A stretch of DNA of 63,198 nt, counting the filler, from an uncultured Methanosarcinales archaeon (GTDB lineage: Archaea > Nanobdellota > Nanobdellia > Woesearchaeales > JACPBV01): the NCBI GenBank assembly GCA_964492935.1. It is 3 parts of 3 records of this genome, joined end to end, with 100 filler letters (N's around TTAATTAATTAA, not from the genome) between each part and the next. Parts side by side here need not be neighbours in the genome. Positions count along the whole stretch, not along the records: positions 1 to 25,336 come from CAZBLF010000016.1; positions 25,437 to 49,695 come from CAZBLF010000017.1; 1 more part is not named here. One strand, given 5' to 3'. Below are positions 18,625 to 28,689 of the stretch, in pieces. The position numbers and the translations under genes are program-made. The notes under the pieces are model-generated. The model was not told where the DNA came from, did no database searches, and saw nothing but the letters and a program-made list of their open reading frames with translations. Each line of letters begins with the position of its first letter. Positions within the stretch are counted from its first letter, which is position 1.

Positions 18625-19623
18625 ATGACAATACAAGAAGTTGCGGCAGCGATGGTTGCTGATGGAAAGGGAATATTGGCTATGGACGAGAGTTCGGGTA
18701 CTATTGAGAAGAGATTTACTGCATTGGGCGTTGAAAGTACTGAACATACACGCTGGTCGTATCGGTATTCGCTGGTTTCGGTAAAAGGTCTTGGCCAGTT
18801 TATTTCTGGTGCTATCTTATTTGATGAGACTATTCGTTCTAAAGATAAAGAGGGTGTTGCTTTTACTGAATTGCTTGCTCGAGAGGGTATTCTCCCTGGG
18901 ATTAAGGTTGATATGGGTGCAAAGGATTTTGCAGGGCATCCTGGCGAGAAGAATACGATCGGATTAGATGGATTGCCTATGAGATTAACTGAGTATGCTT
19001 CTCTTGGTGCGAAGTTTGCTAAATGGCGAGCTGTTATAACCATTGGCTCGGGTATTCCCACGGATGATTGTATTGCCGCGAATGCTGAAGGCTTAGCTAA
19101 ATATGGCAAGATGTGTCAGGATGCAGGTATCGTTCCTATTATCGAACCCGAGGTTCTTTTGGATGGAGATCATACGATCGAAGAAAGCTTTGAGATCACT
19201 AAGAAAACGCAGGAGCAGGTTTTTATGGCTCTGAAGCAGGAAGGAGTTGCTTTTGATGGGATGGTTTTGAAGCCTTCGATGGTCATTTCTGGAAAAGATT
19301 GTTCTTCGCAAGCTAGTGCTGAGGATGTTGCTTCTAAAACAGTTGAATGTTTAAAGGCTACTGTTCCGGTAGGTGTTCCTGGGTGTGCTTTTTTATCAGG
19401 TGGGCAGACTGATGACCAGGCAGCTTCACATCTGAATCTTATGAACAAAAATCATCCTGATGTTCCGTTCAAGCTGACGTTTTCTTATGGCAGAGCGTTG
19501 CAGCGAGAGGCTATGGCTGCTTGGGCGGGAAAGGATGAGAATCAGGATCTTGCTAGGGCAGCGGTCTTGAAGAAAGCTGAGATCTATTCAAAGGCTTCTA
19601 AAGGAGAGTATCAGGAGAGTTAG
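18625..19623 (+). CDS. Fructose-bisphosphate aldolase class I (eukaryote-like type)
   Basis: GKGILAMDES, GIKVD, FAKWRAV, PIIEPEVLLDG, LKPSMV, FLSGGQ, FSYGRALQ; RBS GAGGTG upstream. Confidence 0.95.
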   Translation: MTIQEVAAAMVADGKGILAMDESSGTIEKRFTALGVESTEHTRWSYRYSLVSVKGLGQFISGAILFDETIRSKDKEGVAFTELLAREGILPGIKVDMGAKDFAGHPGEKNTIGLDGLPMRLTEYASLGAKFAKWRAVITIGSGIPTDDCIAANAEGLAKYGKMCQDAGIVPIIEPEVLLDGDHTIEESFEITKKTQEQVFMALKQEGVAFDGMVLKPSMVISGKDCSSQASAEDVASKTVECLKATVPVGVPGCAFLSGGQTDDQAASHLNLMNKNHPDVPFKLTFSYGRALQREAMAAWAGKDENQDLARAAVLKKAEIYSKASKGEYQES

Positions 19624-19664
19624 TTATCCAAACCTATTTAAATATTGAAGGCTTGAGACTCTTT

Positions 19665-20348
19665 ATGTCAAAAAAGCAGCGGCTGCAACCTTCTGAAAAT
19701 CAATGGTTTAAAAGGAAAACTACCCGTATCTTTATTTTGCTTGGAACACTGTTCCTCTCTCTCTTAGGTGGGAGGAGTATTGCGCTTCCCTGGACATTTC
19801 ATCAGTATCTCAATAGTGAAAAGATGAGAAATCGGGTCCATGAAGAATTCTATAAGGAAGGAAGAGCAACCGTTCTCAAGGAATTGGAACTTGGAGCTGG
19901 AACTCGGTTTGCGTTGTCTTTGTTGAAAGGAAGGACAATTGAGGAGCGTCGAAAGGAAGCAAATTCTGCTTATCTTGAATTCTTACGCAGAGAGTTTTTC
20001 GATAGGAAATCCATTAAGATTGAGGTTATGGAAGATCCTTCCTTTTTTCATCCACATCGATTGCCAAAATATAAAATTGGTATTTACTGGTATAGAGATC
20101 TCATTGTGAGTTTTCGTCCTGATTCCAATGGTGAGGTTATGGATGGGTCTTTGAAACAGAATAAAGATTCTTCTTTTGTTAAGGAAGCTCGGGAATACAT
20201 CACAGATCGTGCTGGCGGTGTTTGGAAGTCTAAGCGCATGAAAGAGATACGGAAAGAATGGAAATCTAAAAATCAAAAGTCTAAAATGAATGATAAGCGA
20301 GTTAGGTTTGGCAAGCCCGGTAGACATGTTGCCAGGGGGAGGAAGTGA
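19665..20348 (+). CDS. Hypothetical basic protein with an N-terminal hydrophobic segment
   Basis: Long ORF, one TM/signal segment; TTTAAATA upstream. Confidence 0.55.
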   Translation: MSKKQRLQPSENQWFKRKTTRIFILLGTLFLSLLGGRSIALPWTFHQYLNSEKMRNRVHEEFYKEGRATVLKELELGAGTRFALSLLKGRTIEERRKEANSAYLEFLRREFFDRKSIKIEVMEDPSFFHPHRLPKYKIGIYWYRDLIVSFRPDSNGEVMDGSLKQNKDSSFVKEAREYITDRAGGVWKSKRMKEIRKEWKSKNQKSKMNDKRVRFGKPGRHVARGRK

Positions 20349-20352
20349 GATC

Positions 20353-21036
20353 ATGATTTCAGTGAAAGACATTACGGTTAGTGGTATTAAAAAAGATTCT
20401 TTGAAAGAGGATCTTCCTGAGCTGTATGAATTACAGAAAGTAGTTGAGAGGAGTGCTTGGCATCAGGATTGGTCGGTATTGGATCATACATTAGCTGTTA
20501 TGGATCAGTTGCAGCAGGTGATGGATGGTGCTCCAGAAAAAGTTTCTAAATACTTGAATGAGAAGGTTGAGAAGCATACCCGCAGAGAGTTACTTATGGT
20601 AGTGGGAATGCTACATGATATCGGCAAGAAAGAGACGATCAAAGAGGTCGGTGATGAGATCAGATGTCCAGGGCATGAGGATCGGGGTGCGCTAAAGGCA
20701 CAGGTGTTGCTGCCGAAATTTGATCTGACGGAAGCGGAGCAGGCTATTGTGGTTGAACTGATCAAACATCATGGCCATGTGCACGATATTATTACTCCCG
20801 GGAATACAGAAAGGGATGTACAACTAGGAGCTTTGAAGAAGGCTGCTCCTCACTTGTTTTGGATGTTATTGGTGTTTTGTCAGGCGGATACGATGGGAAG
20901 TCAGCTGCAGAAGACGATTCCCATAGAGTATCACAAACGGATAGATTTTTACAAGAAGGCTGTTGCTGGATTTGATTTAATTTCTAAGGAGAAAAAGAAG
21001 TCTTCTGAGGAAGAGACTAGCGAGCATTCAGAGTAG
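20353..21036 (+). CDS. HD-domain phosphohydrolase
   Basis: WH...VLDHTL, LHDIGK, GHEDRGA, LIKHH, QADTMGS; resembles the HD domain found on CCA-adding enzymes. Confidence 0.85.
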   Translation: MISVKDITVSGIKKDSLKEDLPELYELQKVVERSAWHQDWSVLDHTLAVMDQLQQVMDGAPEKVSKYLNEKVEKHTRRELLMVVGMLHDIGKKETIKEVGDEIRCPGHEDRGALKAQVLLPKFDLTEAEQAIVVELIKHHGHVHDIITPGNTERDVQLGALKKAAPHLFWMLLVFCQADTMGSQLQKTIPIEYHKRIDFYKKAVAGFDLISKEKKKSSEEETSEHSE

Positions 21037-21759
21037 TTGCTTGATTTTTATGGGTTTGTAGATGCTGTCTGCTATGATGTAGGCTTCGAAGTTGTCGATG
21101 TTTGATGGCATTAAGGGGCTGAGTCTTGCTTGTTTGAGGAGATCGGTTCCTTCGGTTACTAAATTACAACTCGGTAGGACGATTAAGGTTTTCTTCTGAT
21201 AGTTTCCTTTCAAGAAACATTTGAAGGTTTCTACTCTTGCCCCATCTTGTATTGAAATGGCTGGATGTTCGTGGCCGATGATGATGGTGTTAATGTTTTC
21301 TAATAGATTATCTTCTGGGATGATGTCGCCGTGTATTAGAAGGATATCTCCTAGGATTTTGAAGTCTACGGGTTGTACGTTACGTTTCTTTGCAATCGGT
21401 CCTAGGATGGTGTCGTGGTTGCCCCTTACCAGAATGATCTCATCGGTGTGTTTGTTGAGGAAATCTAGCAGTTTGAGGGTGTGGCGCCACTCTTGCTCTG
21501 AGATTCTTCCGAATTCGTGTTTTAGGTCGCCATTGATGATGACGGACTTGAAGTTTTGGATGTTTTGTTCTTTCTTTATGGTCTCGATGACTTTTTCCAG
21601 ACGTTGCATGATTTCCTTGAATTGGAATCTCGGTATTAAGAGTCCTTGCTTGTTTAATGACTCTTCGAAGCCCATATGGACGTCTGAGAAGATTAAGGCT
21701 TGATGGTGCTTACTATACAGGCAGAGATCGTAGATGTGGAGGTCGGGAGTTATGTTCAT
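21028..21759 (-). CDS. Calcineurin-like metallophosphoesterase (ICC-like archaeal family)
   Basis: SDVHMG, NGDLKH, RGNHD, HGD, GHEHPA. Confidence 0.92.
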   Translation of the reverse strand: MNITPDLHIYDLCLYSKHHQALIFSDVHMGFEESLNKQGLLIPRFQFKEIMQRLEKVIETIKKEQNIQNFKSVIINGDLKHEFGRISEQEWRHTLKLLDFLNKHTDEIILVRGNHDTILGPIAKKRNVQPVDFKILGDILLIHGDIIPEDNLLENINTIIIGHEHPAISIQDGARVETFKCFLKGNYQKKTLIVLPSCNLVTEGTDLLKQARLSPLMPSNIDNFEAYIIADSIYKPIKIKQLL

Positions 21760-21761
21760 TG

Positions 21762-22106
21762 TTATCTTCGGGGGACGGGGTAGGCAACCATATCTTCTTT
21801 GGGTTGGAATTTTGAGTACGGTAGGCCTGCGAGCCTGGCAATATGCTCGGGGACTGCTATTCCTGAATGTAGCTGTGCATAATCTGCATATTCAATTGTT
21901 CCTGCAATCTGAACGGGCCAGCCTCCTCTTTGGGTTATTATCGGCACTATGATTGCTACTCCCTCGAAATGTTCTTTCCCTGCATCGGAACCTAGGATCT
22001 GAAATTCTTCTCCTAAATCGAACGTGAGGTGGTCTTCGCTGTTTTCGATTACTGCTGGCTTGAAGACTCTCCCTATTCGGTTCAAGATGTATTCTAATCG
22101 CTCCAT
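21762..22106 (-). CDS. Hypothetical protein
   Basis: 114-aa ORF directly upstream of the phosphoesterase; TTTATAAA box upstream. Confidence 0.55.
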   Translation of the reverse strand: MERLEYILNRIGRVFKPAVIENSEDHLTFDLGEEFQILGSDAGKEHFEGVAIIVPIITQRGGWPVQIAGTIEYADYAQLHSGIAVPEHIARLAGLPYSKFQPKEDMVAYPVPRR

Positions 22107-22240
22107 ACGTTAAGAAGATAGTATTCTGTTTATAAACCTGTACTCGACTTAGTCTCATAATAATCAACGTTCAATAGGATATGTCAAAGGCTAAAGTGAA
22201 CATTGATATAAAGAAAAAAAAGAAAAAAAGGTGAACGCAG

Positions 22241-22591
22241 TTACGCGTTCTGTCCTAGATTCCAAATGTCCTTCAAAGCAACTACTACAGTTGCAGGAAC
22301 GACGAAAGCTAGTACCTGACTAAAAACTCCACTAAGGTATGCGCCGATGTAGCTTACACCACCTAAGGTGTTAGATGCTCCACCAAGTGCAGCTGCGATT
22401 ATTAAAACCGTAGCTACCGTAAGGAATTCTTTTGTTTCTTTGCCTGTTACATTTAGGAATCCAACAATTAGACCCAAAACGACTAACAGAGATGTTAGCC
22501 AGGGAGTTGCTGAACCTAATGAAACAAGACCTAAAACAATAGCCAATATAACTCCGATTGTAAAGGAGTAATTACCTAGTTTTTTGTCCAT
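22241..22591 (-). CDS. Small multi-TM membrane protein
   Basis: GLIVGFLNVTGKETKEFL, AFVVPA; 4 hydrophobic segments; RBS GAGGTGA. Confidence 0.75.
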   Translation of the reverse strand: MDKKLGNYSFTIGVILAIVLGLVSLGSATPWLTSLLVVLGLIVGFLNVTGKETKEFLTVATVLIIAAALGGASNTLGGVSYIGAYLSGVFSQVLAFVVPATVVVALKDIWNLGQNA

Positions 22592-22805
22592 TGTTGTTTC
22601 ACCTCGTTTTTCTTTTTTGATTAACTTCACTTACTCTCGGATGGGTTATTTATTGCGGTGTACGCAGTGGCCCTATCGTTAAGAGTATTGATAATCAATA
22701 GCGCATATCAACTATATAAACCTTTGCTTTCTATCGATAAGCAATTTGAACAACATTTAAATATCAGCGTCGGTTCTAATCTTGTATACCAGTTCGGGGT
22801 GGACT

Positions 22806-23459
22806 ATGGCATTTACAACGGATATACAACAGAAAATCATAGATTTTATCAAAAGGAGCCCTATTGGGGTCACTTCTAGTGAAATAGCCAAGTATTTGGG
22901 CTTGAATCGGATGACGATCATCAAATATCTTGCTATTATTCAGCAGCGCGCTCTTGTTGATTTCAAACAGTTAGGGATGGCTAAACTATGGTATATCCCG
23001 GTAACGCTGACTCGAGAGGGCTATTTTGATGATCTTTTGGTGGAATTGAGTGGATTGTTACCGAAAGATGCTCACGTTTTGGTAAAGAAGGCTGGTATCA
23101 AGGCGGCGCAGCATATTGATCTTTCGTATAAGCGCTTTCATGGGGTTGAGACGCTTTCTGTGGAGCAAGTTGTTGCTGCTTTGAAGGATGCTTATCGTAA
23201 GATTGGTGGCGAGTTGGAGGTTGTGGAACGGACTCAGTCTCTTATTATTATTAGATCTCTGAAAACTCCGTTTGGGGATGCGATTAAGGACTCTCCTGCA
23301 CTATGGGAGACGGTTTCTGCACTTTGTGGTGTTCTTGTGGCTAAGAATCTTGGCTATAGTCGAGTTGAGATGAAGAATGTTTCAGCTGCTACACCTCAGG
23401 AACGTTTATTCTTTATTCACTTGGAGAAAGAAGGCAAGAAGACTGACGGGGAGTATTAG
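22806..23459 (+). CDS. HTH regulator fused to a V4R/MetOD1-like ligand-binding domain
   Basis: N-terminal wHTH (SSEIAKYLGLNRMTIIKYL...GMAKLWY); C-terminal KIGGELEVVE...TPFG...SPAL...G...AKNLGYSRVE. Confidence 0.7.
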   Translation: MAFTTDIQQKIIDFIKRSPIGVTSSEIAKYLGLNRMTIIKYLAIIQQRALVDFKQLGMAKLWYIPVTLTREGYFDDLLVELSGLLPKDAHVLVKKAGIKAAQHIDLSYKRFHGVETLSVEQVVAALKDAYRKIGGELEVVERTQSLIIIRSLKTPFGDAIKDSPALWETVSALCGVLVAKNLGYSRVEMKNVSAATPQERLFFIHLEKEGKKTDGEY

Positions 23460-23926
23460 AATTTTTTACTTAGTGCTATCTCAACGTTCTTAGGAACCAT
23501 GCCGTCTAATTTTGCTTTTAATTGTGCGGCCTCTTTGACGATTGAAGAAGAAAGGTAGGAATACATGCCGCGCGTCATGATGAAGACGGTTTCAATTTCT
23601 TTGTTTAATTTTCTATTCATTAATGCAAGTTGGAATTCGTGATCGAAATCGGATACTGCGCGAAGTCCACGTACGATGGCGGTTGCCTTTTCTTGTTCGG
23701 CGAAGTCTACTAGTGTTCCTTTGAAGTGTTTAACTTCGACTTCTAAATGTTTTGTGGCTTCTTGTATTAGGGTAACACGCTCTTCTGCATTGAAGAGATA
23801 GTTCTTGTCTTTTTGTTCTCCTACGGCAATGATGATCTTGTCGAAGATTTTTAGGGCTCGTTCTAGGACATCTAGATGACCGTTGGTGATGGGGTCAAAG
23901 CTTCCTGGATAGATTGCTACTTTCAT
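23456..23926 (-). CDS. coaD: Phosphopantetheine adenylyltransferase, bacterial type
   Basis: YPGSFDPITNGH, RGLRAVSDFDHE, SSSIVKE. Confidence 0.96.
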   Translation of the reverse strand: MKVAIYPGSFDPITNGHLDVLERALKIFDKIIIAVGEQKDKNYLFNAEERVTLIQEATKHLEVEVKHFKGTLVDFAEQEKATAIVRGLRAVSDFDHEFQLALMNRKLNKEIETVFIMTRGMYSYLSSSIVKEAAQLKAKLDGMVPKNVEIALSKKF

Positions 23927-23949
23927 ATGCCTTGTTAATAGAATTCTCT

Positions 23950-24513
23950 TTATAAAGATTGTAGTATAACGTCTACCTGTAATTTGAGATCATCGCTGTT
24001 GCCGTTATTTTGTATGGTGAAATCTGCTAGCTCTTCTTTCTTTTCTTGCGGCCATTGCGCTTTATTGATATTGTCGAGGTCTTCTTGCTCCCAGTCATTA
24101 TCCTTTGCTCTTGCTTCTTGGAGGGCTGGTGTTATCGTAACTGCAATGACTTTATCGCAGATGTCTTGGAGATTGGTTTCGAATAGGAGGGGTGCATCAA
24201 GAACTATGTTTTCTTCTTTGTCTTGCGTTTTTTTTCTAATGGTCTCTAGAATTTTGGGATGGACAATGGTGTTTAATTGTTGGAGTGACTCGGGTAGTTT
24301 AAAGGCTCTCCGTCCTAGCTTTTTTCTGTTGATGAAACCGTCGTCTAGGATTCCAGGTCCGAATGTTTGTACTAGGCGCTCTTTGATTAAGGGTTCATCA
24401 AGCACTTCATGTCCTATTGCGTCTGCGTCGATATGAGTGTAGCCCTTAGATGTAATTAATTGTGCTACGGTTGTTTTTCCTGCCTGGAAAATTCCTGTTA
24501 TGCCGATTATCAT
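23950..24513 (-). CDS. coaE: Dephospho-CoA kinase, bacterial type
   Basis: IGITGIFQAGKTT, IDADAIGH, INRKKLG, IVHP, DAPLLFE, ADFTIQNNG. Confidence 0.92.
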   Translation of the reverse strand: MIIGITGIFQAGKTTVAQLITSKGYTHIDADAIGHEVLDEPLIKERLVQTFGPGILDDGFINRKKLGRRAFKLPESLQQLNTIVHPKILETIRKKTQDKEENIVLDAPLLFETNLQDICDKVIAVTITPALQEARAKDNDWEQEDLDNINKAQWPQEKKEELADFTIQNNGNSDDLKLQVDVILQSL

Positions 24514-24549
24514 GGATTTGGTAATGAAGGATGGTTTAAAAAGATGCTG

Positions 24550-25335
24550 TTACTCTTTGAAGAGTTGAGCAGGTATGATTTTGTACCCTCTGTAGGCCCA
24601 GTTTATTCCGAATTCAGCAATCTTTTTCTGCATTCGGGGTACCCGATCGTAGCGGGGATCGCCCTTGGCGTAGTGAGTATGGCTTTTCTCTTTTGAGAAC
24701 CCTAGCTTTTGCGCATTTTCGGAAATGTAATGCTCCACTAATCCGTGAACGACTGACTCCTCCTTGTGCAGCCATCCAGTACTGATGGTTGCGAAATCTT
24801 TCTTCTTTTGTTGCATTGATCTTTTTGACTGTCCAGGCAAATTGTTTAATTCCTCCTGAATGTGACTCAGGGTCGCATCACGAAGCATGTAGTGGAGTGT
24901 TTCCGAAAGAAGAGATCCTAATACTCTTTTTGAATCCTCCTGGGCAGCTATAAGGATTGGCAGATTCTTATCGAGATTTACTTTTAATCTATCCTTCTCT
25001 TCAGAATAGCTGTAGAATAAGTCATACCTCCCATATACGGTGTGCTCATTTGATGCGTCGATATTAAGCACTCCCTTCTCACGCCGTACCTTGTAGTTGC
25101 AGGTATTGGTAGACATAATGGTTCCTGCTAAGAATATGTGGGCCTGTTGCCTTGATTGGGGTTTCACTGCTGTTGATGGCTTCCACAGATGAACATTCCA
25201 CTGAGGAGTCTCCCTTTCGTTTAGAAAATCATAAAACGATTTTAGCTCTTTTCGGATCCGCGCTCGCCATCGGAACTGTGCAGGATTATCTAATGGTACA
25301 GAGGTAAATTTTGATCCTCCCCTGTAACCTGAGCG
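24550..25335 (-). CDS. Hypothetical protein, 5'-truncated by the contig end
   Basis: The frame stays open from the GTG at 25167 back to the gap. Confidence 0.6.
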   Translation of the reverse strand, partial: RSGYRGGSKFTSVPLDNPAQFRWRARIRKELKSFYDFLNERETPQWNVHLWKPSTAVKPQSRQQAHIFLAGTIMSTNTCNYKVRREKGVLNIDASNEHTVYGRYDLFYSYSEEKDRLKVNLDKNLPILIAAQEDSKRVLGSLLSETLHYMLRDATLSHIQEELNNLPGQSKRSMQQKKKDFATISTGWLHKEESVVHGLVEHYISENAQKLGFSKEKSHTHYAKGDPRYDRVPRMQKKIAEFGINWAYRGYKIIPAQLFKE

Positions 25336-25336
25336 A

Positions 25337-25436
25337 NNNNNNNNNNNNNNNNNNNNNNNNNNNNNNNNNNNNNNNNNNNNTTAATTAATTAANNNNNNNN
25401 NNNNNNNNNNNNNNNNNNNNNNNNNNNNNNNNNNNN
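25337..25436. other. Artificial contig linker (N44-TTAATTAATTAA-N44)
   Basis: All-frame-stop spacer between N runs. Confidence 0.98.
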
Positions 25437-26692
25437 TTTTCTGTTTTAACAGGTTCGTCACTTTTCTCAGCAACCACTTCCGCCGGTTTCTCAGCAATCG
25501 TTTCTACAGCAGGAGTTTCAGCAGGCTTCTCAGCTACAGGAGTCTCACTTACCGTTTCCGCCGGTTTCTCAACAGCAGGCGCAGCAACAACCTCTTCCTC
25601 AACAGGAGCACCAATCGGCGCATTCACAATCTCCATTTCCGGCTCCTCAGCTTTCTCAACAACCACTTCAGCAACTTTCTCAACAACCACTTCAGCTTCA
25701 ATTCTAGCCAATTCCGCCTTCGGATCGGGCTTAGTATCAACATCATTCGCCACAAACTCTAAACGTTCAAACATCTCATTTTTCTTAACCTTTCCCGTCA
25801 ACTTAACAATGTGCCCCAGCAATTCAGTCTTCACCTGCTCAAACTGATCGGGAGCATCCTTATACTGCATCATCTCTTCTTTCGATTTCCCAATCAATTC
25901 CTGTGCCTGGTCTCTAAAAAAAACAGCTCTAATCGTTTCAGTACCATCATCTAACACCGCATTCATCACATACGAAAAGTCAGGAGTAATCTGATTGCCA
26001 GTTGCATCTCTAAAAATACCCTCTCCATCCGGTCTCGACCTTCTTCCAGTAGTAGGATCAACCTCGAAAAAGCGTGGCTCAAATACTTGCACGACCGTAC
26101 CCATTAATTCAACATGATCGTCCGTTTCCGTTAACGCAGCGATACTTTTACGACTAGCAGGCTTACTCTGCTGCGTCGCCTTAACTTCGCCCATCGTCAC
26201 ACCCTCAGGATTAACAACAACTCCACTCTTATCATTCAGATGAATCTCAATCTTACCGTTATTCTCCCGAACATAACCAGAACTCACCTTAAGAATATCC
26301 TGCTCCTTAAATGTTGTAGTCAAATCAGCATGATCGCCCCACAATACAACCCTAATCGAGCCCGTCTCATCTGCAAGTACTACATTAGCAACCTTTCCTG
26401 GAGCGCCATCCTTCCTCTGAAACGTAGAAATTTGCGAAATGTTCAACACCTTTCCATCAACCTCAACATCGCGCATCCCCTCAAGGATATTCTCAATCTG
26501 TAATTTTCCAGTAACCGCATCAAATAATTTAACACTCAATTCGTTAGCAATAATATGTGCCGCACCCTCCTTACTGATCAATCCAGAAAGCTCCTCCATC
26601 TTAGCATCAATCTTCGCGTTCAATTCAGCGTCGGCAATACCACTATGTTCCTTAATCTTAGCAATAATCTGCTCTATCGGCATCTTTATCAT
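25437..26692 (-). CDS. Replication protein A-like OB-fold ssDNA-binding protein, 3'-truncated
   Basis: SGLISKEGAAHIIANEL, ADETGSIRVVLW, LDDGTETIRAVFF; acidic E/P/A/K-rich tail with AEKPAE repeats. Confidence 0.88.
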
Positions 26693-26743
26693 GAAAACAG
26701 CTAACTCACAACTTTTTATATACTTTTAGGTTGTTGAGAACTA

Positions 26744-28228
26744 TTAATTAATCGGTGGAGCAATATATGTAGTGTATGCACCCTCTCCAAAGTTACCAAA
26801 CTCATTAAGACTGCCCGCATCGTCCTCCGCAATAATGACGAAACACGTTTCTTTGAGCAAATCCAGTTTCCTCTCAGTTTCCCCTAATGTAATTCCACTC
26901 TCCTGGAAGGGGAAAAACAACGGATCAAAATACGGCTCATCCTTTTCGGAGTCATACTCAATTTCTCTGAACGGTAGCACCAACGTCTCCCCCTCAGAAC
27001 ACTTGCCTTCCCTCTTCTGTTTAGCATAGAGTATAATCTTCTTCACATCAGACGACGGATTCTTGTCCCAAATCAATCTACCTGTCTTTGTACCCTCAAC
27101 CTCTTCCTGCTCGAATCCAGTATAGGCGAGTGGCTTAAAACTATCCCAAAACTGCATCCCAATCTTGATCGAAACCGGCGTTCCATCCCACCGATGACTA
27201 AAAGAATCATCAGTTATCTCAAAAACCAGCACATAGTCTTGCTTATTATCCGTCGGTGTTACTGTAAACGCACTAAATTCCGAGACCATGCGAGCAAGCG
27301 TAGGTTCTCCCTCAACACCATCTTTTTCTCCCAGGATCGCACCAGTACACCATTCGATATCGCTACCTTCGTGCACAACATTATAATCTTTTGCCTGCAA
27401 CAAACACTGCTCAAACTCCCCTTTGTACAGCTCTACAGCACCCTTCACCCGATCCATCCCCTTCAAAAAGTCATAATCCGAACTAATTCTAAATGCCGGC
27501 TTAATCGCATACACAACAGGCTCTATCTCTCGACACATATCCTCCCAATAACATCCCAATGTGCAAGGATCAAAGTCACACTGTATCTCATTGAGGTAAT
27601 CATCACATTCATTAGATTTTTTTGTACATATCTGCTCCGCCGAATCCTTACTACGACGAGCGGCATTCTGTCGCTTCAATCCAATGCCGGCCTCATTAAT
27701 CAAAGAGGCAGCTCTAGCTGAGGGAAAAACCGCATCTTTCGTCCCAATGCCAACCACTTCAAGCCCACTCCCTTTTTCCTCGTACACCAAATCAAAGTTA
27801 TCGAGGGGAATATTTTTTCCGGGAAAACGAAGTAGGTAACTATCTAATCGAGTATTAAATAATCCTTCAAAAGACTCCTGTAAGGCACCCTCCGTAGGAG
27901 TGCATCGGTGACGTTTCCTATCTTCCATCGATTTACTTCGTTCACTCTCGTCAATAGACTCCCAAACACCGTTTTCACATATTCCTCCGGCCTTAGTAAA
28001 AAACTCAGTTATCGTATCCTGGAGCACATACTCTGCACTCTGATCGACATACAGTAATGCCTTATGGCCTGAAGCGATTGCTTTGAGCTGCTCACTCTGC
28101 AACTCTCCTGTCTGCCCAGTATAAGGAACGATCTTTTGAGACATCTGTAGCGAGAACATCATCAAGAGTATAGAAGTAAATACAATCAAACTCAAACCCA
28201 TGGCAATCAATCCTTTTTTGTCCTTCAT
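26744..28228 (-). CDS. Pilin-like (class III signal) protein with a Cys-rich insert and C-terminal FN3-like domain
   Basis: MKDKKG/LIAMGLSLIVF; CxxxxxxC..C..C...C cluster; LIWDKNPSSDVKKIILY...CFVIIAEDDAGS. Confidence 0.65.
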   Translation of the reverse strand: MKDKKGLIAMGLSLIVFTSILLMMFSLQMSQKIVPYTGQTGELQSEQLKAIASGHKALLYVDQSAEYVLQDTITEFFTKAGGICENGVWESIDESERSKSMEDRKRHRCTPTEGALQESFEGLFNTRLDSYLLRFPGKNIPLDNFDLVYEEKGSGLEVVGIGTKDAVFPSARAASLINEAGIGLKRQNAARRSKDSAEQICTKKSNECDDYLNEIQCDFDPCTLGCYWEDMCREIEPVVYAIKPAFRISSDYDFLKGMDRVKGAVELYKGEFEQCLLQAKDYNVVHEGSDIEWCTGAILGEKDGVEGEPTLARMVSEFSAFTVTPTDNKQDYVLVFEITDDSFSHRWDGTPVSIKIGMQFWDSFKPLAYTGFEQEEVEGTKTGRLIWDKNPSSDVKKIILYAKQKREGKCSEGETLVLPFREIEYDSEKDEPYFDPLFFPFQESGITLGETERKLDLLKETCFVIIAEDDAGSLNEFGNFGEGAYTTYIAPPIN

Positions 28229-28689
28229 CGATATAGCTCCAGCCGATACTCCAAAGGCACTCGATCTCGTTGAGGCAACACAAAATCAAAAGAGTAGTCT
28301 TTCTTAGAAGCATAACATCCCTTAGTGCATTTTTTAGTAAGGAGACTATCTCCCAAATAAAGTTTGAATTTCTTATAAGAGGTTGTTTCAACTAATACCT
28401 TAAGCAATGCCTCATTTATTTCTGTAGAACGATCAACTCCCGTCGTCCCATCAATAGGCTCATAACTCAATATTTCGCGCAAGGGTTTAGTACCTACTTC
28501 GTACTCCAACAATCCTAGCAATAAAACAGTATCAGTATGTTCATCAAATGAAACTTTAATTGCAACCTCCTCCTTTCCGGCGATCTGAGGCTTTATACAT
28601 TGGGTCATCAGGACAAAAATGAAGAGCACAAATATCCAAAACATCACAAAGACTGCACGATCCGCACCCGTCCCTCTTTTCGATTTCAT
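28225..28689 (-). CDS. Pilin-like (class III signal) protein
   Basis: MKSKRG/TGADRAVFVMFWIFVLFIFV; translationally coupled to its neighbours. Confidence 0.6.
   Translation of the reverse strand: MKSKRGTGADRAVFVMFWIFVLFIFVLMTQCIKPQIAGKEEVAIKVSFDEHTDTVLLLGLLEYEVGTKPLREILSYEPIDGTTGVDRSTEINEALLKVLVETTSYKKFKLYLGDSLLTKKCTKGCYASKKDYSFDFVLPQRDRVPLEYRLELYR

Noticed and set aside
18625..19623. Eukaryote-like class I aldolase as a sign of contamination or novelty
   Set aside because: This family also occurs in bacteria and small-genome prokaryotes, and the gene matches its neighbours in style.
25337..25436. TTAATTAATTAA palindrome within N runs, repeated at 49696-49795
   Set aside because: Artificial contig spacer. 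The ORF ends at 25385, 49744 and 49751 are artefacts of it.
25440..25700. Short repeats such as TTCTCAACAACCACTTCAGC and CGCCGGTTTCTCA
   Set aside because: They encode the low-complexity acidic tail of RPA and are not a separate element.
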